Below are positions 23,806-32,932 of a stretch of 64,000 bases of DNA, piece after piece (position 1 is the stretch's first letter; each line of letters opens with the position of its first letter). The position numbers were made by a program, and so were the translations under genes. This DNA comes from Vicinamibacteria bacterium (GTDB taxonomy: Bacteria; Acidobacteriota; Vicinamibacteria; Marinacidobacterales; Marinacidobacteraceae), in contig OY729431.1 of assembly GCA_963422395.1 (NCBI GenBank), positions 1,120,001-1,184,000 of the forward strand, read 5' to 3'. The notes below the pieces were generated by a model, which was given only the letters and a program-made list of their open reading frames with translations, was not told where the DNA came from and did no database searches.

Positions 23806-24410
23806 CCCGAATCTCCCGGATCCAGCGCTGCGGGCGGATCCGGTGCCGGGGAGAGTTCCAGCGCCGCCGCCAAACGCTGCCGCGCCCGATGGATTCTGGA
23901 CTGCACCGTCCCGAGCGGCGTCCGGCAGGAGTCCGCGATTTCCCGGTAAGTCATTCCTCCCACTTCCTTCAACAGCAGAGCCTCCCGCTCCGCTTCGGCC
24001 AGCGTCCGAAGCGCGGACGAGAGCTCGGCGCGCCGCCGCATTCCTTCCGGCGCGTCTTCGGCGCGGGTTGCCCGGTCCTGGTCTTCTCCAGGGGTTGCGG
24101 CTTCGACGAGCCGGCGCCGCCGTCCGGCACTTCGCAGCGCGTCGTGGGCGCAGCGGATCGCGATCCGGCACAGCCAAGCGCCCACCGGCCCCTCGCCTCG
24201 ATAACCCGAGGCACGGCGAAAGGCTCGCAGATAGGCCTCCTGGGCGGCGTCCTCCGCTTCCGAAGCGTCCCGCAGGATCGTGAGGGCAACGGACCGAACG
24301 CGGCTCTCGGTGCGGCGGACCAGCTCGTCGAAAGCGCGCGGGTCTCCCTCCTCGCGGAATCTCCGCAGCAGCCGGCGCTCTTCCCGGTTCTCCGCTTCCC
24401 GATCCGGCAC
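23802..24410 (-). CDS. ECF RNA polymerase sigma factor
   Basis: AFDELVRR, AEDAAQEAY, WLCRIA, REALLL, YREIA, GTVQSRIHRAR; start GTG 24410 preferred over 24518. Confidence 0.92.
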   Translation of the reverse strand: MPDREAENREERRLLRRFREEGDPRAFDELVRRTESRVRSVALTILRDASEAEDAAQEAYLRAFRRASGYRGEGPVGAWLCRIAIRCAHDALRSAGRRRRLVEAATPGEDQDRATRAEDAPEGMRRRAELSSALRTLAEAEREALLLKEVGGMTYREIADSCRTPLGTVQSRIHRARQRLAAALELSPAPDPPAALDPGDSG

Positions 24411-24480
24411 TCCCGGGTTCGAGAGGGGGCCTTCGGTTCGGGTCTCCTCATCGGGCGCATCTCTAGCTGGCTCAGAAGGA

Positions 24481-24509
24481 AGACGCACGGGGGCCGCCGT
24501 TTTGTTCAC
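24481..24509 (-). promoter_or_regulatory. putative ECF-type autoregulatory promoter
   Basis: Minus strand GTGAAC-AAAA...(N18)-CGTCT, matching the AAC/CGT ECF promoter pattern, about 70 nt upstream of the sigma gene. Confidence 0.55.
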
Positions 24510-24579
24510 GCCGCGCACGACCCGAAGCTGCCGGGCAGTCTAGTCCGGGGTCCGCCAGCAGTGGCCGCATACTCTCGGA

Positions 24580-25731
24580 GTGACTCGCCCGCGAGACCAA
24601 CGGATCGAAACCCGCAGCGTCCACGCCGGGGCGGCCCGCAATCGGGCGGGGGCGGTGGCGCCGCCCATCCACCTCTCGACGACCTTCGAACGGGGGCCCG
24701 AGGGGGAGCTGCGTTCCGAATTCATCTACAGCCGGAGCGGGAATCCGGACCGGACGGCGCTCGAGGCGGCGATCGCCGATCTCGAAGGGGGCGCGGAATG
24801 CGTGAGCTTCGCGTCGGGGCTCGCCGCCATCCACTCGCTGCTGCTGACGCTCGCTCCCGGCGACCTGGTGTTGGCGCCGCAAGACGCCTACCACGGGACG
24901 ACGCAGCTCCTGAACGGATCCTCGAATGGGTCCCTGTCGCGCTGGGGCCTTCGCACCCGGGGCACCGATTTCCTCGATGCCGGCGATCTCGACGCCGGCC
25001 TCGCCGAGCGCCCGGTGCTGGCCATCCTCGAAACCCCCTCGAACCCCACCCTGCGGATCACCGACATCGCCGCGGTCGCGGCGTCCTGCCGCGCCGCCGG
25101 GGTGTTGGTCGCGGTGGACAACACCTGGATGACCCCCGTTCTCCAGCGGCCTCTCTCTCTCGGCGCCGACATCGTGATCCACGCGACCACCAAGTATTTC
25201 GGCGGCCACAGCGACGCGACCGGCGGCGCGGTGGTGGTCCGCAGGGGACTCGAGCTGACCCCGCGCCTCCGGTCGGTGCAGATGGATACCGGCCCCGTCC
25301 CCTCTCCCTTCGACGCCTGGTTGCTCCGCCGCGGGATCAAGACCCTGCCGCTGCGCATCCGTGCTCAGTCCGCCGCGGCGGGAGCGGTGGCGCGCTTCCT
25401 CGACCGCCACCCGGCCGTCCTCCGCACCTGCTATCCGGGGCTTTCGAGCGATCCTGGACACGAAGTCCAGACGCGCCAGGCGGACGGCTACGGCGCCATG
25501 CTCTCGTTCCGGGTTCGCGGCGGCGAAGCGGGCGCCCGGAGAGTGCTCTCACGGGTGCGGCTGGCGATTCGCGCCACCAGTCTCGGCGGGGTGGAAACGC
25601 TCATCGAGCACCGGGCGCTCGTGGAAGGGCCGGATACCGAGACCCCTCGGGACCTGGTGCGCATGTCCATCGGGCTCGAACACCCGGAAGACCTGATCGC
25701 CGACCTCGGCCAGGCGCTGGCGGCGGTCTGA
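24580..25731 (+). CDS. cystathionine gamma-synthase/lyase family PLP enzyme
   Basis: YSRSGNP, ETPSNP, VDNTW, HATTKYFGGHSD, SLGGVETL, RMSIGLE. Confidence 0.92.
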   Translation: MTRPRDQRIETRSVHAGAARNRAGAVAPPIHLSTTFERGPEGELRSEFIYSRSGNPDRTALEAAIADLEGGAECVSFASGLAAIHSLLLTLAPGDLVLAPQDAYHGTTQLLNGSSNGSLSRWGLRTRGTDFLDAGDLDAGLAERPVLAILETPSNPTLRITDIAAVAASCRAAGVLVAVDNTWMTPVLQRPLSLGADIVIHATTKYFGGHSDATGGAVVVRRGLELTPRLRSVQMDTGPVPSPFDAWLLRRGIKTLPLRIRAQSAAAGAVARFLDRHPAVLRTCYPGLSSDPGHEVQTRQADGYGAMLSFRVRGGEAGARRVLSRVRLAIRATSLGGVETLIEHRALVEGPDTETPRDLVRMSIGLEHPEDLIADLGQALAAV

Positions 25732-26011
25732 TACCCCCCCCTGCGGTCTGGCGACCCGAGCGGCCTCTCCGGTTCCGTCCTACGATGGTGTAGGGGGGCG
25801 TCGCGTGCCGAGCCCGGGCTTCCCGCGCCGGGCCCGCTCGAAAAAGAGCGCCCCGGACGGGCTGCGCTTCCCGCTTGGCAGTGGTGACTCCCATTCGGTT
25901 CCATAAGCCGGAACACAGGAAACCACCCGGGTGCTGTTCCGGATTCTACCGAAGTCGGCAGACCTCCGGGAGTAGGGTTTGGGGGCGCGCTTTCCCGCGG
26001 GATCAACAGAG

Positions 26012-26095
26012 TGCCGGGAGCGGGGCTCGAACCCGCACGCCCCTTCGGGGCAGAAGATTTTAAGTCTCCCGCGTCTGCCATTTCGCCATCCCGGC
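26012..26095 (-). tRNA. tRNA-Leu(TAA)
   Basis: GCCGGGATGGCGAAATGGCAGAC...CTTAAAA loop, long variable arm, GGTTCGAGCCC T-arm; no encoded CCA. Confidence 0.96.
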
Positions 26096-26187
26096 AAGCC
26101 GTCGATTCCAGTCTCTACCCCAGCCACCCGTCCGACTCCCGACTCCGCCGCCCTCCCATTCTCCGAGAGGAGTCCGAGGTGCCTCGC

Positions 26188-26217
26188 CTAGCAGCCTGTG
26201 GACAAAGTCACAGCTAG
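26188..26217. mobile_element. 22-bp IS/MITE end or footprint flanked by CTAG direct repeats
   Basis: CTAG-CAGCCTGTGGACAAAGTCACAG-CTAG; core GTGGACAAAGTCACA also at 63130-63144. Confidence 0.55.
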
Positions 26218-26276
26218 CGGCGGTTTCAGACTTTCGATTTCCAGATTTCCATCGTCCGGATCTTCATGCCGGGCGG

Positions 26277-26349
26277 AGGCGGCGGGCGGATTCGAACCGC
26301 CGAATAGAGGTTTTGCAGACCTCCGCCTTGGCCACTTGGCTACGCCGCC
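26277..26349 (-). tRNA. tRNA-Cys(GCA)
   Basis: GGCGGCGTAGCCAAGTGG...CTGCAAA loop, GGTTCGAATCC, U73 discriminator. Confidence 0.96.
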
Positions 26350-26380
26350 GATCCGCTGAAGAACCCGGGAACCGCAGGGG

Positions 26381-26452
<72 letters not shown>

Positions 26453-26501
26453 TCTGAGAAGACGCGATTGTACCGACGGGACGCTGCGGCCGGGGCACCG
26501 G

Positions 26502-27011
26502 TCAGAAGGCTCCGCGCCGGATCCGGACGATCGGCCGTCCGCCCGGCCGGACGACCAGGCGGACGAACCGAGCGCGGAGCCGGCGGAGCAGAGAGACCGC
26601 GCGGAGCGGACCGCTTCTGGCAAACCAGACCTCCACCACATCCAGCCGCAGCTTGGAGCCCGGCGGAATCCGTCTTCTCCCGGATTCGAGGCGCCACATC
26701 CTCGCTGCCGAGCGGCGGATCCGCTCCCTCTTTTCCGCGTCCACCCGTTCTGCGGGATCGCCGAAACCGCCCCGGCGGGTTTTCACCTCCACGACCGCGA
26801 GGGTGCGCCCCTCCCAGGCCACGATGTCCAGCTCGGCATCCCGCCGTCTTCGCCCCGGCCGGTAGTTCCGCGCCACGATGCGGTAACCGGAGCGGCGCAG
26901 CTCCCGCGCCGCGATCCGCTCGCCGCGCGCCCCGAGCCGCAGATGCGGAGGCCGCCGCCTGACGAAGCGGCGGAACAGGCGGGGGAAGCGGCGGGGGTGG
27001 GGCCGGATCAA
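26502..27011 (-). CDS. yraN: YraN (UPF0102) family putative endonuclease
   Basis: LGARGERIA, GYRIVARNYR, ELDIVA, VEVKTR, RLDVV. Confidence 0.88.
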   Translation of the reverse strand: MIRPHPRRFPRLFRRFVRRRPPHLRLGARGERIAARELRRSGYRIVARNYRPGRRRRDAELDIVAWEGRTLAVVEVKTRRGGFGDPAERVDAEKRERIRRSAARMWRLESGRRRIPPGSKLRLDVVEVWFARSGPLRAVSLLRRLRARFVRLVVRPGGRPIVRIRRGAF

Positions 27012-28570
27012 CGCCGGCGCCAGCGGGTTCCTGCCGCGGAGTCCTCGAGGAGGATGTTCCGCGCCGCGAGATCGTCCCGGATCCGGTCCGCTTCGGCGAA
27101 ATCGCGCCGGCGCCGGGCCTGGGCCCGCTTTTCGATCCAGGCTTCGATCTCGCTCGCAAGCGGAGCCCCGCGGGGGAGAGTCGCCGCGGCCGCGGCCGGC
27201 ACGGCAACCGCCGCGGCAGTCTTCGCGGCAACCGCCGCTACGGGAACGGCCGGGGTGGTTTCGCTGCTCCCCTGGACCGGAGGTTGGAATTCGAAGCTGC
27301 CGATCACCGCGTTCAGTCGGCGGATCGCCTTCGCCCAGGGCAGGGAAGCCGCCCCGCCTCCGGGAGAGTGGAGCGCCCGATTTCCTTCCCGAAGCGCGCG
27401 GAAGACCTCTCCGAGCGCCTTCGAGGTGTTCAGGTCGTCGTCGAGCGACTGCTCGAAACGGGCGACCGCCTGCGCGGCTCCCGCCTCGGCAGCCGCCGCG
27501 GGTTCGGAACTCGGGGCGGCAGCCTTCTCGCTGCCGGCGGCGCTCCCCTCGCTGCGGAGGGCGTCGTCCGAACGGCGGAGGAAGTCGTCCACTCTGCGGA
27601 TGGCGACCTCGGCCTGGCGCAGGCCGTCCTTGGTGAAATTCAGCTGCTGGCGGTAGTGGACGCTCGCCAGCAGATGGCGGATGGCCGCTGCGGAAAACCC
27701 GTCGTCGAGCAGTTCTCGAACCGTGAACTGGTTGCCGAGCGACTTGGACATCTTGCGTCCTTCGACGAGCAGGTGTTCGCAGTGGAACCAGTGGCGCGCG
27801 AAGAGGGAGCCGGTCGCTGCCTCACTCTGGGCGATTTCGTTCTCGTGGTGCGGAAACACGAGGTCCACGCCGCCGCAGTGGAGGTCGAAGCCAGAGCCGA
27901 GCAGTTCGAGCCCCATTGCCGAACACTCGAGATGCCAGCCGGGCCGCCCGGCGCCGAAGGGGGCTTTCCAGACCGGTTCGCCGGGTCGAGCGGCCTTCCA
28001 GAGCACGAAGTCGGAGGCGTCCTCCTTGTCGTATTCGTCCGAGTCCACCCGCGCGCCCGCCAAGCGGTCCGAGGCAGCCGCTCCGGAAAGCCGTCCGTAT
28101 CCGGGGAAACCGGCGACCCGGAAATACACGGAACCGCTGGACTCGTAAGCGGACCCGTTGTCCAGCAGTGCGGAAACGAGCCGGATCATCGCCTCGATGT
28201 ATTCGGGGTCGGTGGCCCGCGGGTAGTGCTCGGCTCGCTCGATTCCGAGAGCGTCGGCGTCGGAGAAGAACTGCTCGATGAACCGGGTGGTGTATCCGCG
28301 CAGGGACTCGCCGGTTTCCGCCGCTCCGCGGATCGTCTTGTCATCCACATCGGTGAAGTTCATCGCCTGCATCACGCGGTAGCCCTTGAAACGAAGGAAC
28401 CGGCGCAAGATGTCCTGCGCCACGAAGGTGCGGAAGTTGCCGATATGCCCGCGGGCGTACACCGTGAGCCCGCAGGTGTACATGCGCACTTCGGAAGGCC
28501 GCCGGGGGATGAACGGCTCGATCCGGCCGCCGAGGGTGTTCCACAGCCGGAAGACGGTCTCCTGAGACAT
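27008..28570 (-). CDS. cysS: cysteine--tRNA ligase
   Basis: YTCGLTVY, HIGN, GRPGWHLEC, FPHHENE, KMSKS. Confidence 0.97.
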   Translation of the reverse strand: MSQETVFRLWNTLGGRIEPFIPRRPSEVRMYTCGLTVYARGHIGNFRTFVAQDILRRFLRFKGYRVMQAMNFTDVDDKTIRGAAETGESLRGYTTRFIEQFFSDADALGIERAEHYPRATDPEYIEAMIRLVSALLDNGSAYESSGSVYFRVAGFPGYGRLSGAAASDRLAGARVDSDEYDKEDASDFVLWKAARPGEPVWKAPFGAGRPGWHLECSAMGLELLGSGFDLHCGGVDLVFPHHENEIAQSEAATGSLFARHWFHCEHLLVEGRKMSKSLGNQFTVRELLDDGFSAAAIRHLLASVHYRQQLNFTKDGLRQAEVAIRRVDDFLRRSDDALRSEGSAAGSEKAAAPSSEPAAAAEAGAAQAVARFEQSLDDDLNTSKALGEVFRALREGNRALHSPGGGAASLPWAKAIRRLNAVIGSFEFQPPVQGSSETTPAVPVAAVAAKTAAAVAVPAAAAATLPRGAPLASEIEAWIEKRAQARRRRDFAEADRIRDDLAARNILLEDSAAGTRWRRR

Positions 28571-28592
28571 GGGTTCGTTCAGTCGAAGACGG

Positions 28593-30398
28593 TCATCCGG
28601 TGCGCTTCAGCACCACGAGGGTGAGATCGTCCCGCAGCGGGTTCGAACCGGCGAAGGCCCGAGCGCGCGAGAGCAGGTCGCCGCAGATGTCGCGCGCATT
28701 CCTGCCGCGCGCCTCGGTGAGCGTCTCGAGGATCCGGTGGTCGTCGAACACCGCCCCGGCCGGATCCTCGGCCTCGCTGAGTCCATCGGTGAACATGGTG
28801 AGCAGGTCTCCGGTTTCGAGAAGGCAGCTGCCGACATCGGTCTCGATTTCGGGGAAGAGTCCGAGGACCGTCGAACCCCGGTCGAGCCGTTCGACCTCCC
28901 CGTCCCGCCGGACGAGCAGTGGACGCACATGGCCGGCGTTCAGATAGGAGAACCGGCCGTTGGCAGGATCGAGATGCGCCAGCACTGCGGTCATGTAACG
29001 GGCTTCCTCGGTGTTCTGGTGGAGTAGCTGGTTCAGTTCCGCGGCGGCGCTGTCGAGCCTCGTTTGGCCGTGAAGGAAGAAGGCGCGAAGCGACGCCTGC
29101 ACCGACGCCATGATGAGCGCCGGCCCGGCGCCCTTGCCGGATACATCGGCGATCGTCAGGAAGATGCCCCCGCTGCGCTCGAGGTAATCGTAGTAGTCGC
29201 CCCCGACCGCGAGGCAGGGGATGTTGATGCCCGAGAGGTCCCAGCCCGGCGGGTTCGGGGTCTCGGCGGGAAGGAATCGCGCCTGGATGCGCCGCGCCGC
29301 CTCCAGCTCCTTCTCCTTCTCGATCGCGGCCCGGGTGAGGCGCATACTCTCCACCGCCGCCGCCGCCTGTCCGGCGAGCGAGGCGAGAAACGCGCGATCC
29401 GCGGACGACAGGTCCCGCCCGAAGCCGGCGGCTCCGAGGAAGAGAGCGCCGCGCACCAGGCCGGAGGCGAAGGGGACGATCCAGCCGATCGAGAGTTCGG
29501 CGAGCGCGCGGGCGGTTTCTGGATTCTGCAGGCGGTCGGCTGGCAGGATCTCCTGTTCCTCGGCGACGAGTCCGGCGGCACGGAGGAAAAGCGTCGAATC
29601 CTCTTTCGGCCGCCGGGGCCCCCTGGCTGCGAGCACTCGGCCCGCGCCCACCACCACTCCTCGGCTGGCGAGCACATGCCCCATCGCTCCGTTGAGGAGC
29701 AGATCCCAGACGGCGCTTTCCTCGTGCGCCCGGTGCATGCCCGCGGTCAGGTCCATCAGGGACCGCAGCTGGTACACCTGGAGGGCGAGCCGGCGGTTCA
29801 CCGTGTGCAGTTCTTCGTCGCGGCGGCACCGTTCGAGAGCGGCCGCCGCCGAGATCGCAAGGGCTTCGAGAAAGTCGCTTTCGGATCCGGTGAGTTCGGG
29901 GTGCGCCCCTCCCAGGAGCAGCAATCCCGAAAGATTCTCCCGAGTGCGCAGGAGCGCTGCCGCTGCCGCGCCGGACTGCTCCATCACCCGCTGGAAGGGT
30001 GCGAAAGCAGCGTCGCGCAAGCCGTCCGCACTCGCGCACCGGAGCACCGCCTCTCCGGGAAGTCGGTCGGGAACCTCGAAGCGCAGTTCCTCCCAGCCGG
30101 GGCTTCGGGCGCCGCGGCGGCCGGCGGGGCGCAGCCCCCCCTCTCCGTCGGGAAGGAGCAACCCGGCCCAGCGGGCTCCGGTTTCCCCGATCCCGACCAG
30201 CAGGATCAGCGATGCGACCTCCTCGGCGTTCAATCCATCGGTCAGCGCGGCGCTGAAGTCGGTCAGTGCCAGGAGTTCGGAGAGCCGCCGCTCGAGGTCG
30301 GAGTCGAGACGGTCGAAGTGGGGGGCGAGGAGGCGTTGATAGCGGGCGCCGGTGGAGCAGCGCCCCTCGGCGCCCGATCCCGTCCGGCTCTCAGCCAC
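28593..30398 (-). CDS. GAF + PP2C/SpoIIE protein phosphatase (RsbU-like)
   Basis: Two GAF-like regions, VGGDYYD, IADVSGKG, NAGH, FTDGLSEA, DDLTLV; start GTG 30398 inferred. Confidence 0.9.
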   Translation of the reverse strand: MAESRTGSGAEGRCSTGARYQRLLAPHFDRLDSDLERRLSELLALTDFSAALTDGLNAEEVASLILLVGIGETGARWAGLLLPDGEGGLRPAGRRGARSPGWEELRFEVPDRLPGEAVLRCASADGLRDAAFAPFQRVMEQSGAAAAALLRTRENLSGLLLLGGAHPELTGSESDFLEALAISAAAALERCRRDEELHTVNRRLALQVYQLRSLMDLTAGMHRAHEESAVWDLLLNGAMGHVLASRGVVVGAGRVLAARGPRRPKEDSTLFLRAAGLVAEEQEILPADRLQNPETARALAELSIGWIVPFASGLVRGALFLGAAGFGRDLSSADRAFLASLAGQAAAAVESMRLTRAAIEKEKELEAARRIQARFLPAETPNPPGWDLSGINIPCLAVGGDYYDYLERSGGIFLTIADVSGKGAGPALIMASVQASLRAFFLHGQTRLDSAAAELNQLLHQNTEEARYMTAVLAHLDPANGRFSYLNAGHVRPLLVRRDGEVERLDRGSTVLGLFPEIETDVGSCLLETGDLLTMFTDGLSEAEDPAGAVFDDHRILETLTEARGRNARDICGDLLSRARAFAGSNPLRDDLTLVVLKRTG

Positions 30399-30858
30399 TC
30401 GAAGTTCCGGAGGCTGTCTCGGACTTCTGCCGCTCGAGGATCCAGAGCCCAACGCCGGGAGACGGTTCCTCGTGGAGGACACGGTCCATGAGCCGCCGCA
30501 TGAGGTGGACGCCGAGCCCGCCTCGCCGGCGTTCGCGGGCCAGCCGGCCGAGGTCCACGCCGGTGGGGAGATCGCCCGGTGCGTCTCCCCGGTGCTCCAG
30601 CTCGATCCGGAGCAGGGAGGGGCCGGGAACGAACCGCAGCCGAACTTCGTGCCCCGGCTCGCTCCGGTAGGCGTGTTCCACCACATTCGTCATCGCTTCT
30701 CCCACCGCGACGGCGATCTCCTCTGCTGCTGCGGCATTGAACCCCCCGGCCATCGCCGTCCGCCGGGTCGCCTCATGAACCAGGGTCAGTGACTCCGGAG
30801 CCGCCGGGACATCCATCTGGAACGGCGCGCGCGGCCTCGGCGCGCGTTCTCGGGCCAC
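30391..30858 (-). CDS. anti-sigma factor Ser kinase (RsbW-like)
   Basis: VGEAMTNVVEHAY (N box), GGLGVHLMRRLMD (G2 box). Confidence 0.9.
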   Translation of the reverse strand: MARERAPRPRAPFQMDVPAAPESLTLVHEATRRTAMAGGFNAAAAEEIAVAVGEAMTNVVEHAYRSEPGHEVRLRFVPGPSLLRIELEHRGDAPGDLPTGVDLGRLARERRRGGLGVHLMRRLMDRVLHEEPSPGVGLWILERQKSETASGTSSG

Positions 30859-30864
30859 GGCTCG

Positions 30865-31215
30865 TCAGTCGTTCGCGAAGCTCGCGACGGCTTCCTCCTC
30901 CTCGTCGAAGGTCTGACACAACCGGTCGAAGCCCAGGACCCGAAAGATGTGCCCCACGGTACGGGTGAGACGGGCGACCCGGATGTCCCCGCCCCGGGCC
31001 CGCACTTCCTCGATGAGCCCCATGATCGCTCCGAAGCCGGCGCTCGCCACATAGGACAGGTGCACCCCGCTGATGACGATCCGGGTGTCGCCCGCTTCCA
31101 CGAGCCCGTTCAGGGTGCTCTCGAATCCGGCGACGGTGTGCGCGTTGATGAAACCTCGCGGTTCGACGACGACCACGGCGCCGAAGCGGCGGGTGGTGAC
31201 CTCGAGATCGGGCAT
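30865..31215 (-). CDS. STAS anti-anti-sigma factor (RsbV-like)
   Basis: 116-aa STAS, YVASAGFG phospho-Ser motif. Confidence 0.9.
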   Translation of the reverse strand: MPDLEVTTRRFGAVVVVEPRGFINAHTVAGFESTLNGLVEAGDTRIVISGVHLSYVASAGFGAIMGLIEEVRARGGDIRVARLTRTVGHIFRVLGFDRLCQTFDEEEEAVASFAND

Positions 31216-31219
31216 CGGC

Positions 31220-32269
31220 TCAGTATCCAGCCGGAAGCCCGGGAACAGACGAGGCGGCTTCGATCATGCTCGATCGCAGTCTCGGACCGAAGTCGAAGGA
31301 CTCGGGATCGCGCACTCGGGAGACATCGTGCTCGAGTTGCGCCCGCAGCGGGTCGGCCCCAGCGAAGGCTGCGATCGGGCGCAGGAAGGCGCGGAAGCAG
31401 AGTCGGAGCGCGGAGACCTGCCCGGAGAAGCCGATCAGGTGGGCTTCGAGCGAGGGCGAGTCGCGAAAAGTGGGCCGGGGACCGTGGTGCACGACGGCAC
31501 GGAAACGGCGGGCCGCGGCAACCGTGGCGAGGGAACCGACCATCGCCTCGGCGGCGTACACCCCGTGGGGTAGCAACACTTCGTCTTCCGGCTCCAGGTT
31601 CGCGGTCGGAAACCCGAGGGTGCGGCCTCTTCCCCGGCCCGGGACCACGACGCCGGCGATCTCGTAGGGACGCCCGAGGAGCGCGGCGGCGAGGTCGAGA
31701 TCTCCGGCGGCCAGGGCGTCTCGAATCCGGGAAGAGGAGATCGGGGATCCCTTCCAGGAGACCGTCGGGGCCTCGATGAGGCGGAATCCGTGCTGTGCGC
31801 CGAGTTCGCGCAGGGTGTCGAGATCGCCGCTTCGGCCGCGGCCGAAGCGGAAGTTCCTGCCCTGGACTACGGCCCGGGCGCCGAGGCGCGAAACGAGCAG
31901 GCGTTCGACGAACTCGGCAGGGGTGATCCGCGCGAGCGCCGCATTGAACTCGACCACCAGCAGGCGCTGAACCCCCACGCTCTCCAGTTGCTCCGCCTTC
32001 AGCGCCAGGCTGGTGATGCTCTTCGGGGCGAGGTCGGGACGGAGCAGACGGGCGGGATGGGGATCGAAGGTGACGGCGGCCAGCGCGGCGTCCCGTTTCT
32101 CGGCTTCGCGGTGCGCGAGAAGCAGGGCCCGGCGATGTCCGAGATGCACCCCGTCGAAGTTTCCGATCGTTGCGACCGTCGGTTGGAGCTGGCGTTTCTG
32201 CAGCGGCTGGCGGCTCTCCAGGACGCCGAGCCCCGCCGGCTCCAACTGGCGAATGCGCTCGATCCTCAT
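31220..32269 (-). CDS. ribF: bifunctional riboflavin kinase/FAD synthetase
   Basis: GNFDGVHLGH, TFDPHP, ISSSRIR, GRTLGFPTAN, GVY, RPTF. Confidence 0.95.
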   Translation of the reverse strand: MRIERIRQLEPAGLGVLESRQPLQKRQLQPTVATIGNFDGVHLGHRRALLLAHREAEKRDAALAAVTFDPHPARLLRPDLAPKSITSLALKAEQLESVGVQRLLVVEFNAALARITPAEFVERLLVSRLGARAVVQGRNFRFGRGRSGDLDTLRELGAQHGFRLIEAPTVSWKGSPISSSRIRDALAAGDLDLAAALLGRPYEIAGVVVPGRGRGRTLGFPTANLEPEDEVLLPHGVYAAEAMVGSLATVAAARRFRAVVHHGPRPTFRDSPSLEAHLIGFSGQVSALRLCFRAFLRPIAAFAGADPLRAQLEHDVSRVRDPESFDFGPRLRSSMIEAASSVPGLPAGY

Positions 32270-32276
32270 GCGCGCC

Positions 32277-32810
32277 TCATGCGGACGGGGGCCGGCTGGG
32301 GGCCGGGGGGCGGGCGCGCTCCATGTACGCCAGGCGCAGCTGGTAGAGCATCTGGGAGAGCAACCGGACATCGCCCGGGGCCAAGCGGCCGCGGGTCTTC
32401 TCCTCGAGGACCTCGAAGAGCCCGATCACCATCTGCAGGCCCGCGAGCACCTCGCTGCCGGCCGCGTCTGCCGTTTCCCCTGCCGTTTTTCCCGAGGTCC
32501 TTCCTGCTGTCCTGGGCTCTCGTTCCAGCAGGGCCGCCGCCTGGCTGAACAGCAGAGACACCAGCTGTCTGAAGCGCGGCTCTTCTTGCAGCGAAGGCCC
32601 ATCCAGAGAAGGCGTACCGGCCGACTCCAGTTTCGGCGATGGAGGTGCCGCCGCCGGCCTCGGCTTCGGGGCAGGCTCGCTGGAAGTCCCGGAGGGCACC
32701 TCGGGCGGGGATGACGCCGGCGCTTCGGGGGTCTCGCGGCGGGAACCGTCGCGGGCGAAGGCGCGGCGGTCCCGGACGACGATACGCGGTTTCTCTTCGC
32801 CGTCGCTCAT
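32277..32810 (-). CDS. DUF1844-like protein
   Basis: VVRDRR N-motif; LEEKTRGRL...LLSQMLYQLRLAY C-terminus. Confidence 0.75.
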   Translation of the reverse strand: MSDGEEKPRIVVRDRRAFARDGSRRETPEAPASSPPEVPSGTSSEPAPKPRPAAAPPSPKLESAGTPSLDGPSLQEEPRFRQLVSLLFSQAAALLEREPRTAGRTSGKTAGETADAAGSEVLAGLQMVIGLFEVLEEKTRGRLAPGDVRLLSQMLYQLRLAYMERARPPAPSRPPSA

Positions 32811-32932
32811 GTTCGTCACGCGCCCTCGGGACGACCGGCGCGCCGGAATCCTAACGATCCTGACCGTGGAAGGGATCGGGGTGCCGTCGCGCCTTGAGGC
32901 GATTCGGCGCGAAGGGAGAGAATCCGCCCGCC

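Noticed and set aside
26198-26206. DnaA box TTGTCCACA suggesting oriC
   Set aside because: Single box, no cluster, no AT-rich unwinding element, no dnaA nearby.
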